A DNA stretch of 64,000 nt. Source: Oikopleura dioica. Taxonomy: Eukaryota > Animalia > Chordata. Shown here piece after piece: positions 1-13,200 of the stretch. The notes beneath the pieces are model-generated. The model saw only the letters and a list, made by a program, of their open reading frames with translations, ran no database searches and was not told the DNA's origin. Made by a program: the position numbers and the translations under genes. The first letter of the stretch is position 1. Each line of letters opens with the position of its first letter. The stretch is taken from contig OU015567.1 in assembly GCA_907165135.1 (NCBI GenBank), forward strand, positions 9,486,001 to 9,550,000, read 5' to 3'.

Positions 1-2
1 CA

Positions 3-173
3 TCCTTCGTTGGCAGTTCTGTCGAATTCAAGACGATTGACGTTCTCGCTGACCTTTCGATTCCAACATTAACCCGCAAGCTGGCCCAGAAGAGATTAAA
101 AGATTCCAGACAATCTTCCTATGCAAGCTCCAGTGGAAACTCGTCGAATCGATCGGAAATTCTGCTGCTCTGA
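3..173 (+). CDS. 3' end of an unidentified gene running in from the left edge (...SFVGSSVEFKTIDVLADLSIPTLTRKLAQKRLKDSRQSSYASSSGNSSNRSEILLL*)
   Basis: Open frame from the window start to TGA at 171-173, with coding-like composition, followed by AT-rich sequence containing AATAAA near 234. Confidence 0.55.
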   Translation, partial: SFVGSSVEFKTIDVLADLSIPTLTRKLAQKRLKDSRQSSYASSSGNSSNRSEILLL

Positions 174-494
174 AAATACGGAAAATTTGTTAATTTATGA
201 ATTTCAAACACTGCCAGTTGTTTCTATCTGTAAATAAAGTGAGAAAAAGTAATATTTCTATCTTCGAGGACTTGATGAGTACAAATTTTTTGTAAGGGAG
301 GTTTTTGAATATTTAAGAGGTTGACTTTAACAGAATAGTGAAGTTATGGCGATAATACAGTTCAGCATATAAATTTAAATAAATTTGATGTTAGAAGCAA
401 AGAGACCAGAGTTAGGGTTAACCTGATTTTGATAAGAAGTGTATAAAATATGAACACGAAAGGAGAATAATATTTTGAAGCTATCATTTGTTTC

Positions 495-1000
495 TTAGGA
501 CTGAACAATCTGAACTAGGTAAAGTTCCTTGACAACACTTGTGGCAATTAGTTGAAGATTTTTCTGTTTGTAACCTAAAGATAGAAAATTATGACCAAAC
601 GCAAATAGGTTTTTGCAACCTGAGACCGTGATAAATTCTGTTGCAGGCGATTCTCCAGTTTCCTTGTGCTCAAAATACGATTCTTCCCTTATAAAAATTA
701 ACAGTCAGTCATAAATCACTGCGAACTTACGAGTATCTACCCTCCGCCAGAGCTTTCTCCACGCACCTGCTCACACCGTCAGCGATATCATCCCTACAAT
801 TCGAGTTTTACTACTTTATTGACCTCATTCAAAAATCGCTGACATTTCTTGACGGCCATCGTAAAAATTACTTACTGTGTGATATCTCCTTTTCGAAAGA
901 TGGTGAGTCCATTTTTATCGCCGAATCCCGAGCCGATAATTTTTTCGTTTTCCTCCATCAGTTCTTCCAAAGCACCCGAAAGATTTATGACATTATTCAT
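495..1000 (-). CDS. Small roadblock/longin-fold protein, LAMTOR5 (HBXIP)-like, about 3-4 exons
   Basis: ATG at 1000; two GTAAGT..AG introns and a probable in-frame 45-nt intron; TAA at 495-497. The N-terminus LEELMEENEKIIGSGFGDKNGLTIFRKGDIT resembles LAMTOR5 [30 protein letters not shown] as recalled. The family call is tentative. Confidence 0.55.
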
Positions 1001-1256
1001 TCGTAAATTACAAAGACCGTAAGTTTAAAATTTCACGAATAAATATTCCAAAACAAGCCTTTCTTTCTCTTTCAATCGAAATAATTGACGCTCAACGAAT
1101 CTTCTAACGACTCTGATTGGCCGCGTTGCGAGGATTTCCACCAATTGCGAATTCAAAAAAAGGCGGGCCTCTTTCGGTGATACAGAGAATTCTGGTGTCC
1201 GAAAAAGAAATTTTGATGGCGGTAATGAAGATCTGAAAAAATCAATTGATCTCGTG
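1001..1256. promoter_or_regulatory. Probable bidirectional promoter between the LAMTOR5-like gene and VPS13B
   Basis: Only 256 nt separate the divergent ATGs. The interval contains CTGATTGG (about 1093), CCAAT (1141) and GGCGGG (about 1162). Confidence 0.55.
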
Positions 1257-4200
1257 ATGCTTCGACTCGAATCATATGTAGCGCCTTTTCTGACGTCTTA
1301 TTTGAAGGTAACTCAACTTGTCAACGCGATTGCTTATCATTTTCATAACAAATCGATACATTTTCTTTTCATTTAATGAAATATGTTATTTCTGTGAAAA
1401 TTCTAGCGCTTCATTCGAAATCTTACTAGCGAAGACCTCAAACTTTCAATATGGAGTGGGGAAGTAGTCCTTGCGAACCTAGAGATGCGCCTCGACGTTT
1501 TGGAAGCGGAGCTCAAGCTGCCCTTCAAGCTCGATTCTGGACACATTCATGAATTGCGAATAAATATTCCTTGGATGGCACTGGGATCGGAATCTGTCAA
1601 AGTTAAAATTTCGACGATTGAACTTTCCGTCAGCTTGAGCAAGGAAGACGAGGATGATGAAGAGGGGGATGAAAATTTAAACCAGTCGTATTTGAGCTCT
1701 GAAACAGCTTCGCATCGACAGAAGCCGAAGATCTCACAGGAAGGGGATTACTATATTTCTTGTGCCGGTTTATTTAGCTTCACTTCCGGGTTTTATATTA
1801 AAGAGGATTGTTGATAATCCCTACTAAGTCAGGAGAAGATTTGACGCCAGGTTATTTGGAAAGCCTCTTGTTAAAAATTGGAAACAACGTCGACGTAGAA
1901 ATTCAAAATCTTATCCTTAAATACGTCGAGAATGACATCGTTCTCTCCGTCAACATAAAAAGTGTTCATCTATTTCCATGCGAGGATGAAAACTGGACTC
2001 ATGGCTGGGCGGAGATTTCTGAGCATGATCCTGTTGTTAGGAGGCTCTGCGAAATCGAAGATTTAACTGTTTGCTTGGACAAGGTAATTAAATTTTGTTA
2101 TCCTTTTATAAGTTTTATATTATTTATATTTTTTTCACTTTGCGGGTTTATCGACAGACGATTCTTTCTTTATTTTGGTACAGACGAGAACAAAAATTAT
2201 GTCACGAGTTTCTAACAGGCCGTCTTTATATCTTTCAGAGTGACATGTCACATCTGTTTAATTTTGTTTTCTTTCCGCTCTGGTCTGCAAGTCTTGGTGG
2301 AACATCTTAGATATAACACCAAACTGGCATTTTTCTACAGACCAGAGTCACCAGACTGTGACTCGCTCGGCATTTCCGCCGCATCTTTTGTTATTCTTAT
2401 ATCACACTATTTCAGCGATCGCCATCTGGTCAAATTTCATATTATGAAGAACCAGTCATTTATCGATGTGGCATTACAATCCGTCTTCTTGGGTCGTATT
2501 CGTCTCCGTTCCAAAGGGCCCCAGACCGACTGATCGTTTCAACAAAAATCAATCATGTTTCTGTATCCCTCAGCGAACAGCAACTTCCTATGCTCCTGCG
2601 GCTCTCCGAGCTAGGGATGGCTTTGTACTATGGAAAGTTAAAAACCTTAGCGGACGACACCCCTATGTCAACGGAAAACCCTGGTGAAAACATGTCTGTG
2701 GACTCGCCAGGGGACGACTCTGGCTGGGTAAGCTGGGCTTGGAACTCCTTAGTTGGCGAAGAAGAAGACGCGGCACATCCTGGAGAGCAGGGTGCTTCCA
2801 CTGGAATAGCTGGCGATTCTCTAGTTGTCATCGTCTAGGATTGCTGAATCCCGACATCTATTGATGCAATTTTAGACCTGAACTTATCTCTTTTTCCGGT
2901 GTTAAGATTTGGCCATCCTACTTAGTTCAAATATATATGGAAAACGTCTCGGTAAGACTGTCGACAAAGACAGCAACAAAGCGCGATTTGATCACGCTCT
3001 CTCTTAGTGGCATCGGTATAGAAAATGTTATAAAAGGTGATGCTTGGTTCAGGAACGGTTACCTTATTAGAATTAAATCGTATTTATGACGACAGCTTTG
3101 AAAACGGCATTTTACCAACGTTACATCACGTGAACCGCTTATTAGCTCTGTTGCTGGGATAACTGAAATCATTTGCTCCTATCAAGATGATATCGACGAG
3201 CAGACGGATATTTTGCACCTTGGTACGCCTCTAAAGGATCGGATGTCGTTGTATGACAGTCATGCAGCTTGATCCAGTTTCCATTTCGTATGATTAATCT
3301 TCTTCTTTTCATCTACGAGACGAGTTCTATGAATATATCATGACATCTTGAAAAGGATAAAACGGTTCTTAACTACACGACTGGGTCTATTTGGGATTTT
3401 CGAGCACCGGAAAACAACAACGGAAGATCTAAAGTAGCTCTTAATATGGCTGATCATGATGAAATTTGGACAGAAGAGTATTGTTGTAAACGATTCGGCG
3501 CATTCTTTACCGACTACAAGTTTGAGATGCAGCCTGATCTTGGGCTCTCAATAGGAAATGGGTCTTATTTAATGCACTGTTGATCGCAGTTGATAAAAAT
3601 GCTTGTGGAATTAACATTTAAATGACCTTTGAACAGTGGAGCTTGCACAGCCAGAAAACTGGAGGTTAGCAAAAGAGCACAGCTGCAAGCGGTTCTTCAT
3701 TCCCGTCATCACTGTCAATCTCAAGCCATCGATCCGCGAGCTCACCAAGCTTCCGGAGATTATTCGACATGAATATCAGCCTTACTTTAAAGAGCAAATT
3801 CCGTCACCATCCGCTCAGGATCCGGATTTGACGTTGGAAGAGATGCTTACGTTGCAAGAATATGTTCCGACAAGGGAAACGACCGTCACAATTAGTTCCG
3901 TCAATGTGAATGTTGATTTCGGCATCGACTCGCTGTCCTTCAAACTCGACAACATAGACATTGCGAATAAAACGATCATGTATCAAGAATCCTTCACGAG
4001 GGCCATCTATAAAACTTACGACAAAGATACTCAAAGCGGCTTGGAATTCTACACAGATGTTCATTGGAAACTATCAGTGGAATGCATCAAAACAAATTTC
4101 AGCTCGTTCGATATTTTAAGCATCGGGAATGTTGTCCTAAACCTTGCGAAGAAGATTCATCCCGTCTTCTGGCCTTCCCAACGGACGCTAGATATAAAGG

Positions 4201-7200
4201 CTTTCATGAACAGGGCGCAACTATTGGTGAATCCATTGATTCAAGAACGGCTCATGTATCATGTCGCGTCTCTAGCTGAACCGGATCTTATGTTCACCGC
4301 CAAGGCTCAAATAAAGTCTTCTCTCGTCATTACGATGGAAACGCTAAACCTTGCTTACGCAAACGATGTCTACCTAGAGGAGAAACTCAGGAATCGGTCT
4401 CAAAGATAAACATTCTCTTAAAAACTGTCAAGTCCGACCGCCTTTAAGCACGTTCCGTATCTTTCTCGATAGGATTCGCTGCGAACTACACGATGAGCAT
4501 GGACAAGAACAGCTAATTTTCGGCAACAAAAAATCTCTGATAGAATGTTGTGCTCAAATTCCAGTTTCGAAATCAGACCCGGCGAATCAAACGATTTTAG
4601 TAGGAAAACTCTGTAGTTTTTCCGCGACACTCTCGATGCCAGTTATCGACTTTTTGAAAGAAATGATCAGTCTTTTTGCAGGATTTATCCCAACAGATAA
4701 AGCGCGAAGCAATGGAAATCGCGATCTGAATTTAGTAACGAATATATCTTGGTCCGAGTCTTCGCTTGACTTCAGGATCAATGATCATGTTATCCATACA
4801 GGAGAGGTCTCACCATGTGATCACCATTGTCAATAGATAAGATATTCTGCTAATTTTCTAGGCTAACTCTTTCCGTGCTTAATTTTTTCATTGATTTGTA
4901 AGGTGAATCTTTGGTAGTACTACCCACGGGTCGAATTTGCAACGCTGGAATGTCGAACTTAGACACATTGATCGAACTGCCTGAATGGATAGACATCCCC
5001 ATTCATTTATCAAAAGGTAAGATTGTTTATTATATAATTGATCTGATAGAACTGCCGAAATTCCATTCAAATTTTTCTCGGTGCAATAATTGTTCTGCAA
5101 AAAATCGATCTAGCGGCCCAAATAATGTGTCCAAAGCGAAACCAACGTCCATGTCGAATTTTTTGTCGAGCGTTCTTCCTTTCTCGCCGCCAACACACCA
5201 GTGGTCTTAATTCTTTGTATCAAAATAGGCAAACGATAGCAGACGGGCAATGAATAGTTGGTAATAGACGATAGCTTCTATTTTCCGACACATGTGAGGC
5301 TTGGAATTTTATTGAGAGTCATATATTTATTTGATTCACTTCAATGTTACCTTTATCCCTGGCGCGCTCACGGTAGCACTGTAAGCCCTCTTCTGAGAGG
5401 ACAAAATTCTTCCTTGTGATGACTTTCTTTAGCTTCAAGAACTCTTCTATCTGTTCGATGGCCACCCATGGTTTTTGAAGAAACTCTGTCCCATCGACGA
5501 CTAGAATTTGCTTCTAAACAGATATTTTTATCGATGGAATCTATTTTTTCTCAACTCTGTTGAAATATTGAAGCCATCGAAGATAGAAAACAGCGTAAAA
5601 TCCATCCGACAATATTCGCTCTATCAAATCATATTGACTTTTCACATGAAATGGTCGTTGAGCTCCGTCGAGTCTATCCATTAGCGCATTAACTAGACCC
5701 GAAATTGTCCCATTTCCTTCGTGAACGGCGATGTCATTAAGAAAATACTGGAACTCTGGGAGACGGTGTCTAAGCATGTCATTGAACAAGGTTAGATTTC
5801 CGCCAAGAAGCTGCGCTTTTTTGAGGTGATATCTTTGACATGTGAAGATATCGGCTCATTGTTCTTCGGGCGTTGTCGCAAACTTTTAGAATGAATAAGC
5901 ATAAGGGGAAAATGAATGGTCTGCCTTACCTACGGAAATTATTTTGACTGTGGAGTTCATCGCCAAGATCCTGCTAGGCGCAGAGAGTGAATTGTAGTAT
6001 TCCGCGCTTTTTTCAAACCAGGTCTCATACTTATATCACGATTTCCATACCGTTCTATACATGAATAAATTGCCAACCATGGCGAATTCCGTCAAGGTAA
6101 CCATATGGTCCATCGTCATCGGACCCGGATCTAACTTACGGATCTAATTTTATATTTAATTTTATATTAATAAAATCGTGATCCTTTTCCATTGCCGATT
6201 GGAAAGAGGCTTCGATAGTAGGTGAAACCTTTATCGTAATTTTCATCTTTGTTAAAGAAATTAGGTTCCTTATTGGCCTGGAGCATGTCTTTTAGGGCTC
6301 AAGTTTTCATTTAATAGATAATAAAAATTAAAAATTGAGTCCTAATCTGGATGACTTTCTAAAAAATTAGCCACAGCCGTTGTCCCACATTTCATCACGC
6401 CGGTTATAATCACGCTCGGCAGACGTTTTCTTTTTTCAGGATAAATAACTTTCGAAGGGATTTTGTAGCGATTGTTCATTGCATTTTTCGACCACAGCCT
6501 TTCGTTAATCTCTGAATATTTTCCTTGATTTCGGAGACATCCAACGCCATCTTTGCAGAGGAAAAAATAACCGACGAGAAACAAGTTTATAAAGCTGCTT
6601 ATGATCACGAATGTTCTCTTCTTGATTTTTACCGTGATTTTTCTCATTTTTAACGAATACTTAATTCATTTCAAAATTCTTTTAGGGCCGATGTCAATTA
6701 CGGTTAACGTTGCCGAGCTGCGGATGTCAAGTAGCATCGGCGGTAACACGAGCGATGTTTTACTCTTCCCATCGTTGTCGGCTACCTTTACCGTTAGTCA
6801 TGGCGAGAAAAACGCGCATGGTGTCTCCGCAGTATTCATCAGCTCCTATGTAGAACTTCAAGCGCTAGAAATTTGCTTCACAGACGACTTGATTTGCCTT
6901 TTGTCATTCATCGTGGAGAATATACTGACAAACTCGTCAAAGAAGCCTCTGAAACGGGATCGTTCTATCCCGTTGTCGCCCGATTCCAGCAAGTCATTTT
7001 TATCCGATATTCCTGCTGTTAGCTATCCTCAAAGGAAAACGATGATCTATTTCGATGTATTTCAGGCTGAGAAACGATTTGATCGTTATTCCATTGATAA
7101 ATATACGTGAATTCTACAGTATGATCATCGCGTAAAAGCTCGTCAGCAAGCGTAAAAGAATGCTCAGATATTTTCGTTTCTGATCCAACGAATGAATCTC

Positions 7201-10200
7201 CTCCTGGCTCAGTCTTAGATTTAACCCTCAAACTTTGTCTGCCAGACATCAGGATCAAAATCAAACTCGAAACGCAAGAATTGCTCGCTACGATCAAGGA
7301 ACGGCTCATTTATTTTTTATCAACAGATAATATGTAACATATTATATGTTTCAAGATCAGTATCATGTGATGCTCATGAACATCCTGGGAGAAAAGCATC
7401 TCGAACTTTTTTCGAACTTGTGGAATTAACCAGATGCAGAATGGATGATTTTAAGAGCTAAAAGTTGATCTCATGACCAGAAACAGCTGGCGTTGTGGCT
7501 CACCCCACATGTGTTGCTAACAGAGTACATTTCTACAGCATTTCTCCGTCAGGAAGTCAAAAGTAAAGCGGATCCGTAGCAACGCCTCATTTTGAGCCAT
7601 GTTCAGGACGTATCTGTTGACTTCTCTTCTAATTCTACTTTCCAACAGTTTCAATGCCAAGTTCCTGCTGCGTTGTGCGTCGTTGGCAGTCAGACGATTT
7701 TCTCAAGCGAGGGTCGTGGAAAAATACAGATGGTTGGAAACAAAGATGGAGAAAAAAGGTAAAAAGAGCCCTCATGACAATATCATATGATTGCAGGGAA
7801 CCGGATTTCGCAACTGAATTTATTATAATATTTTTTGATTAAGAATGGCTCCAGACAACACTGGTATCAAGGTCGTCTGGACCAAAGCAAAGACCGAAAA
7901 CTGGCATCAGCGAGAGCAAATAATGTGTGATGAAACAACTTTGTTGGCTGAATACGTTGAAGAATTGTCCTTCACATCAAGTGCTCTGGATATTGTACTT
8001 GATAAGGATATCCTTTTTGAATTCGGTTGGCTAACAATAACAAGTTCTTAATTAAAATTTTATAGGTAAACTCTCCTCCCTCCTTCCAGATATGCCTTCG
8101 TCATCAACAATCCCGTATAAAGGACGCTTTCCGATGATATTTGTCGATGTTCAAGATATAGTAGTTTTCATGAGGGTTGATGATTACTGCTCTTTAGGAA
8201 AAGATGGCTATATTCTCATTGAAACTTAGAAAACAAATTGTTCTAACTGTAAGATATCATTGTGCCCATCTAAATGTCAGACGATACTTTCTATCTCTAC
8301 CTACGTCAGATAGAAGTCAATCCAAGGCCTGAATTTCCCCTGGACAGAGTAGTCATCAGTAGTGATGACTTCGCCATAGTCGAGGAGAAAGGATTACTGG
8401 CTATGCCTGGAAGTACCGTCGAAAATATTCAGTTTGCTGTTAATCTATCCGAACTAAGGAGAGGGTTTAATATCAGCGGATAGCATTTTGCCCAATTTTA
8501 CCTTTAATTGTCTGAAAACGGCCGAGAATTCTTCTTTGAATATTAATAACTAACGCTCAAGGTACCACATCTTGGGTTCACGTATACATATAATGAAATC
8601 TGAAATAAGCGTTGGCTCGTGCAATTGGTCGTGTACTGTTTCTAAACGTTGGATTTGCGGAATAAACTCGAAACCATTCGAGGCACAGAATCCTGCACTC
8701 GAATGGAACATGAAAAAAGAAATTAACACTGAAAGTGAAGCAAAAGTTGTCTATCCGCTGCTTTCTCCTACAGGAGAGGATCAATATCGTAATAGTTACA
8801 TTCGTACTCATTTTAAACTAGCATGATTATTGATTCTCATACAGATGTTTCAATAATTTTTGCTCCAGCGATATATTTTAAAAATCATGCTATTGCCGCC
8901 CACTCGCTCGAAGTGTCTCTCCGTTCGAAAGTTCTTTGTTACGGAAATGTTCCCCAGCTGCACCTTGTCTACAAAATGATCAACTCGTCTCTGAGGAAGG
9001 TGGGCTCGTTTCAACAACTGTCAGACGTCTACTCGATCAACAAACGAAGACGTCTTGGATTATTCAGGAATGTTTTTATTTTTTCCTAATTAAGGTCATT
9101 TCTATTCGATAGACGATTAAATTCGAAGTATGCGTACTGTATGAACAATCAAAAGACGTACGCGCAAGCGCACTATCTCTGAGTCGAAACGGAAAACTCC
9201 TTTGCTGCTTACCTCACCCATTCACTTTCTTGCCACAGGCGAGGAACTGTCTCTTGTTGTTTACGATTGCAATGGAAAGTTTTCTGTTGAGCCATTTTTT
9301 CACTTTATCCTCGATCAGCCTTCTATCAAATTTGAGTTCTTGGGCTTGCATCAGCGTCATTCAATGAAGGTCATCTGCTTCGATCTAAATCTGAAAACAT
9401 ACGCTGGAAAACCAGTCAGGAAGAATGTTCCGTTTCTTCCAGCTGAAGATGATTTTTCTACCTCTTGGATTTCGTCACGAGAAGGTATGACCGACAAGGA
9501 AATGTTCCATCAGATCTACTCTCATTCGTCAATAGATGGATTTAGCGCCGTTGTGCGGAGATAAATTTTGAATATTGATCAAGTCCGAATTTTGTCCTCT
9601 TTTTTCCATGTGCGTTACGGAATTCATGAACCCTGACAATGCCGAAACCGTTATTGAGTTCAACCGATGCCTCAAAATTGTGCTGGATTTTCCAAAATTG
9701 GCCGTTGCCGCCAATTTCATTTCGAAGCTGCGGAAAGATATCCGGCTTCATTCTCGCCGGCGAAGATCATCCAAACCGGAATCTGCTAATTCTGTAAACG
9801 GGGACTCTACTCTCAATGATATACTTCCGGGTTTGATAAGAAGGACTAAGATTTCCGTTCATCAAATTGTTGTGTTGGCTCAAGAGAGTCAGATTTCAGT
9901 GGAAAGTTCCGTATCAAGCTGCGAATTGACAGTATCTGCGGATTTAACGTCGAAATTAGCCGCGAAAATTAAATATCAGGGATGCACTATTAGACTCATG
10001 GAAAAAGGAATGGAATCATATGCAAAGTACAGCAGTTCTCCTTTGCCGCATTTAAAAATGTTTCAACGGCGGGCGAAGGCGGACAAGAATAGTTACTCAG
10101 AAATGAAAATCAAGGTATAAAATACTGAGATTATATCATAAATTATATGGCTAGGACTCTATGATCCCTCCCAAAGGATTCGAGTCTCACACTCTTCTGA

Positions 10201-13200
10201 AACCCTCATGTGGGCAAATTGATGTTGTTGGAAAGAAGGACCCACACAATTTATCAGTGGATTGGATTGGGTCTTTTAAAGGTCTCGGTGATGAATTATC
10301 CCATATTTAGTAATATAATATCACTGATATAATCACAGGAAGAATTTTCTTCCTGAAGAATTTTCCGGCTTGTCTCGCACTTGACATACACTAACATCGT
10401 ACTAATATCACTACTTTCATTTCGATTTGGCCACCAGACAGAATTTTATTGCTTGTCTGGCACTTGACAGATACAACTATCATACTACTGTCTAAAACAT
10501 GTACACATGTTCACTACTATCATTTCCATTCGGGCTAACCATCTTGGGGTCCATGGTGGAATTTATTTTGTCATAATTACATTTGTCTGTGTAAAAATTT
10601 TACAGTTAGTTTCTCGATTTATCTAAGATAATGATCACCGAGTTTCAAGCCCCCAGAATCTTCTTAAACTTTGACTTCTACTCTCTCGAATTTCAATTGA
10701 GTAGATCACTACTACGGATCATGTCGACAATCAATAATCTTGTTGAACAACGAACAAAGGCAAAATCAAGTGCATCCGAAGCTACTTCAGAAAACTTAGT
10801 TGATAATTGTGTGGATACGAAAAAGATTGAAAGAACTCAAAACGATCTTCACTCTGGCATGTTTACTTTTACGAGCGAAGCATTAAATGTTGATGAAATT
10901 ATCAAGTCAGGAACTTGCATCTTCTCTGTAGGCAATAATGAATGCCCAGGGTCCATCACTTGGAGATATGATCAACCAAGAGCAGTCGAACATTTGCTTT
11001 TTTCTCCACTTCCAGTCGGGCTAGAGACACCTTCAGGAACAGTGACTGTGTCGTTGGAAATGTTTGATGATATCACCATGAAATACATGCCAGTCAAAAA
11101 CTTCCCCGTATCGGAGTTATCCCAGACGATGATCAAGATACAAAACCTTCCTGGTAAGAATCATTCATTTTCACGCATTAACCAAGCTGCTCAATGGAGA
11201 ATGACGTTACCTGGCGATCCTCCTGAAGTAGATCTGGAATTTCAAGCTGCTTGTCTGACCCCTTTCGCATTGTGTGGTTCATGCAGGGTCGACTCTTTTT
11301 ATACCTACGAGATGATTCCAATGATAACTGGCTGCTTGACAGTAGGAGAATTAAGTTGTCAGTTTATTGATGATTTTGGTAACTCCCTTTGCAATGCAGG
11401 CTTACAGAACTCATCTGTCGTTGGTGATTTTTGGCCAAAACAAAGGATTCTCAATATCGATTGTCAAACCGAAATATTTGCTGAAATACTCAATAGAAGA
11501 AATTTACATTCGGAAAATATCATTCAAGGATTACAGCCTAGGGTGAAATTTCTCGTTGAAAATCTTATGATTGGAAAGAAAAAGGGGCTAGTCGTTGACG
11601 TTGATGCTAATTTCGGCTCTCCTGAAATAGGATCGTTAGAAAAATTTATTTCTAGGAGCGTGTGTGAATCACATGAATTCCAACGATCCTTCCTAAAGAT
11701 TTGTCATTTGAGTCTATCAAGACTTTGCATGATATAATTGCTGATTCTGAAATTAAGGAAGACTATTATTTCCTTGAAACGAATGTTATTGATAATATTT
11801 TCCTGAAAAGAAAATGCAGCTTGCCAAACAAAATTTCATTGTATCTATGCTTTGGCGAGGAATCGGCTGAAATAGATACAGCTATAATTGGAAAGCAACA
11901 GAATATTTGTTTGGGCGATGCAGTCTATCATGCGACTATAAAGAAATGCGGAGAAATTCATGTGAACACTGATACATGTCTTCTCAATCTGACCGATTTT
12001 CCATTGCATATATCGCTAGACGATTTTTGTTCTGGTGCAGTGGAAATGACATTGTTTGGGCTACGGAATTTCGATACGCTTATGAAAGAGGTTATTTTAC
12101 ATCTAGCTTATAACAATATCTATGGCTAAAATTATATATTCCGACAAAAGAATCCGAAAGAAACACGATGTATTTCCACAAAAATTAAAGGGATAAAACT
12201 AAAAGCACATGGTTCCGAAAATGACTTCACAAGAACAATACTTGTTGACGAGAATAGCCACACAGCGCTAGAAGTAAACGGGCCAAATGGCGAAGTGTTA
12301 CATGTTGGATTCTCAGTTATCTCAGCCCCTGAAGAGAACTCGGCGGCCAGTCTTGTGGCAACCCGCATGATTTTCGCTCCTCTATTTATCCTGAAGTCTT
12401 TTCTACCGGAGCCCATTGACGTCAGTCTCTCTTCATCAGCTGTAAAAGGGAATCTTTTGGATGAAAAATCTTCTGCCCAAGAGTTCCGACTTCCTGGTAA
12501 AGGCTGCTCAAACATGATTTACAGGACCGGTGGCATAGAGTTTACTGTCCATAATCTGCCGGCGAGACTAAATATGGGCATGTGGTGACACAGCTTGATT
12601 CAGGTGGTGACACCGTGGTGTCATCCGGTCTTCCATTTTCCACCCTCCTCTAGCCTCCACCCGCATCTCACTTACCATATGTGCGTCAACTTGCCGACAG
12701 TTAGTCTTCCTCCTGTCTCCATCAACTTGGGTCTCATATCCGCCCTGACTGATACTCATGCCAGCATTGAGTCCGAGACCTTCATCGTTGAGGATTCTCC
12801 TTGGCCGATGCGGGATGATGCAAATTTGTCCTCAGGACCGGTTTTTATTCACAGCTAAATTGGAATGATTCTTCCACTCATCTTGAATCACAAGGGATGA
12901 CTTTTACTCGAAGGCACAAGTGAAACCCAAATAAAGATAATCAACGCCTTACTGATGACTGTCTCTCGGTCAATCTTTCACCAAGATGGCCTTGTTTGCC
13001 CTGTATTCTTGTGACATTAACACCATCTGTTGTCCTCTTTAATTCTCTTCCATTTACGTTGATCATATGCCCTGGCGGTCAGGATGCCTTTCAAATTCCA
13101 TCAGGGGAGGAGGAGTACACCTCTAACCTAGGGATATTCCGATTTGGTTTGCAGCTGGACGGAAGTCCTGCGATTTATTTCCGCCGCAGCTTGAATCTGG

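Noticed and set aside
2083-2415. Coding-like content in a 333-nt VPS13B intron, as a possible second nested gene
   Set aside because: Only short open frames on either strand, and the required introns would be under 25 nt.
5280-5305. LTCVGK segment resembling the HS3ST C-terminal motif
   Set aside because: Wrong phase and followed by a stop; the true last exon (DHWCVGGEKGRT) lies further downstream and is in phase.
5770-5839. Apparent +1 frameshift at an A6 run (5817-5822) in the sulfotransferase
   Set aside because: A canonical 70-nt GT-AG intron (5770-5839) restores the frame (SRYLHIHRLPEF). A homopolymer error is the other mundane explanation, so programmed frameshifting is not needed.
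10288-10356. C/D-box snoRNA candidate (GTGATGA...CTGA)
   Set aside because: The C box is only a few nt from the splice donor, the terminal stem is at most 3 bp, and the would-be guide is a self-complementary hairpin.
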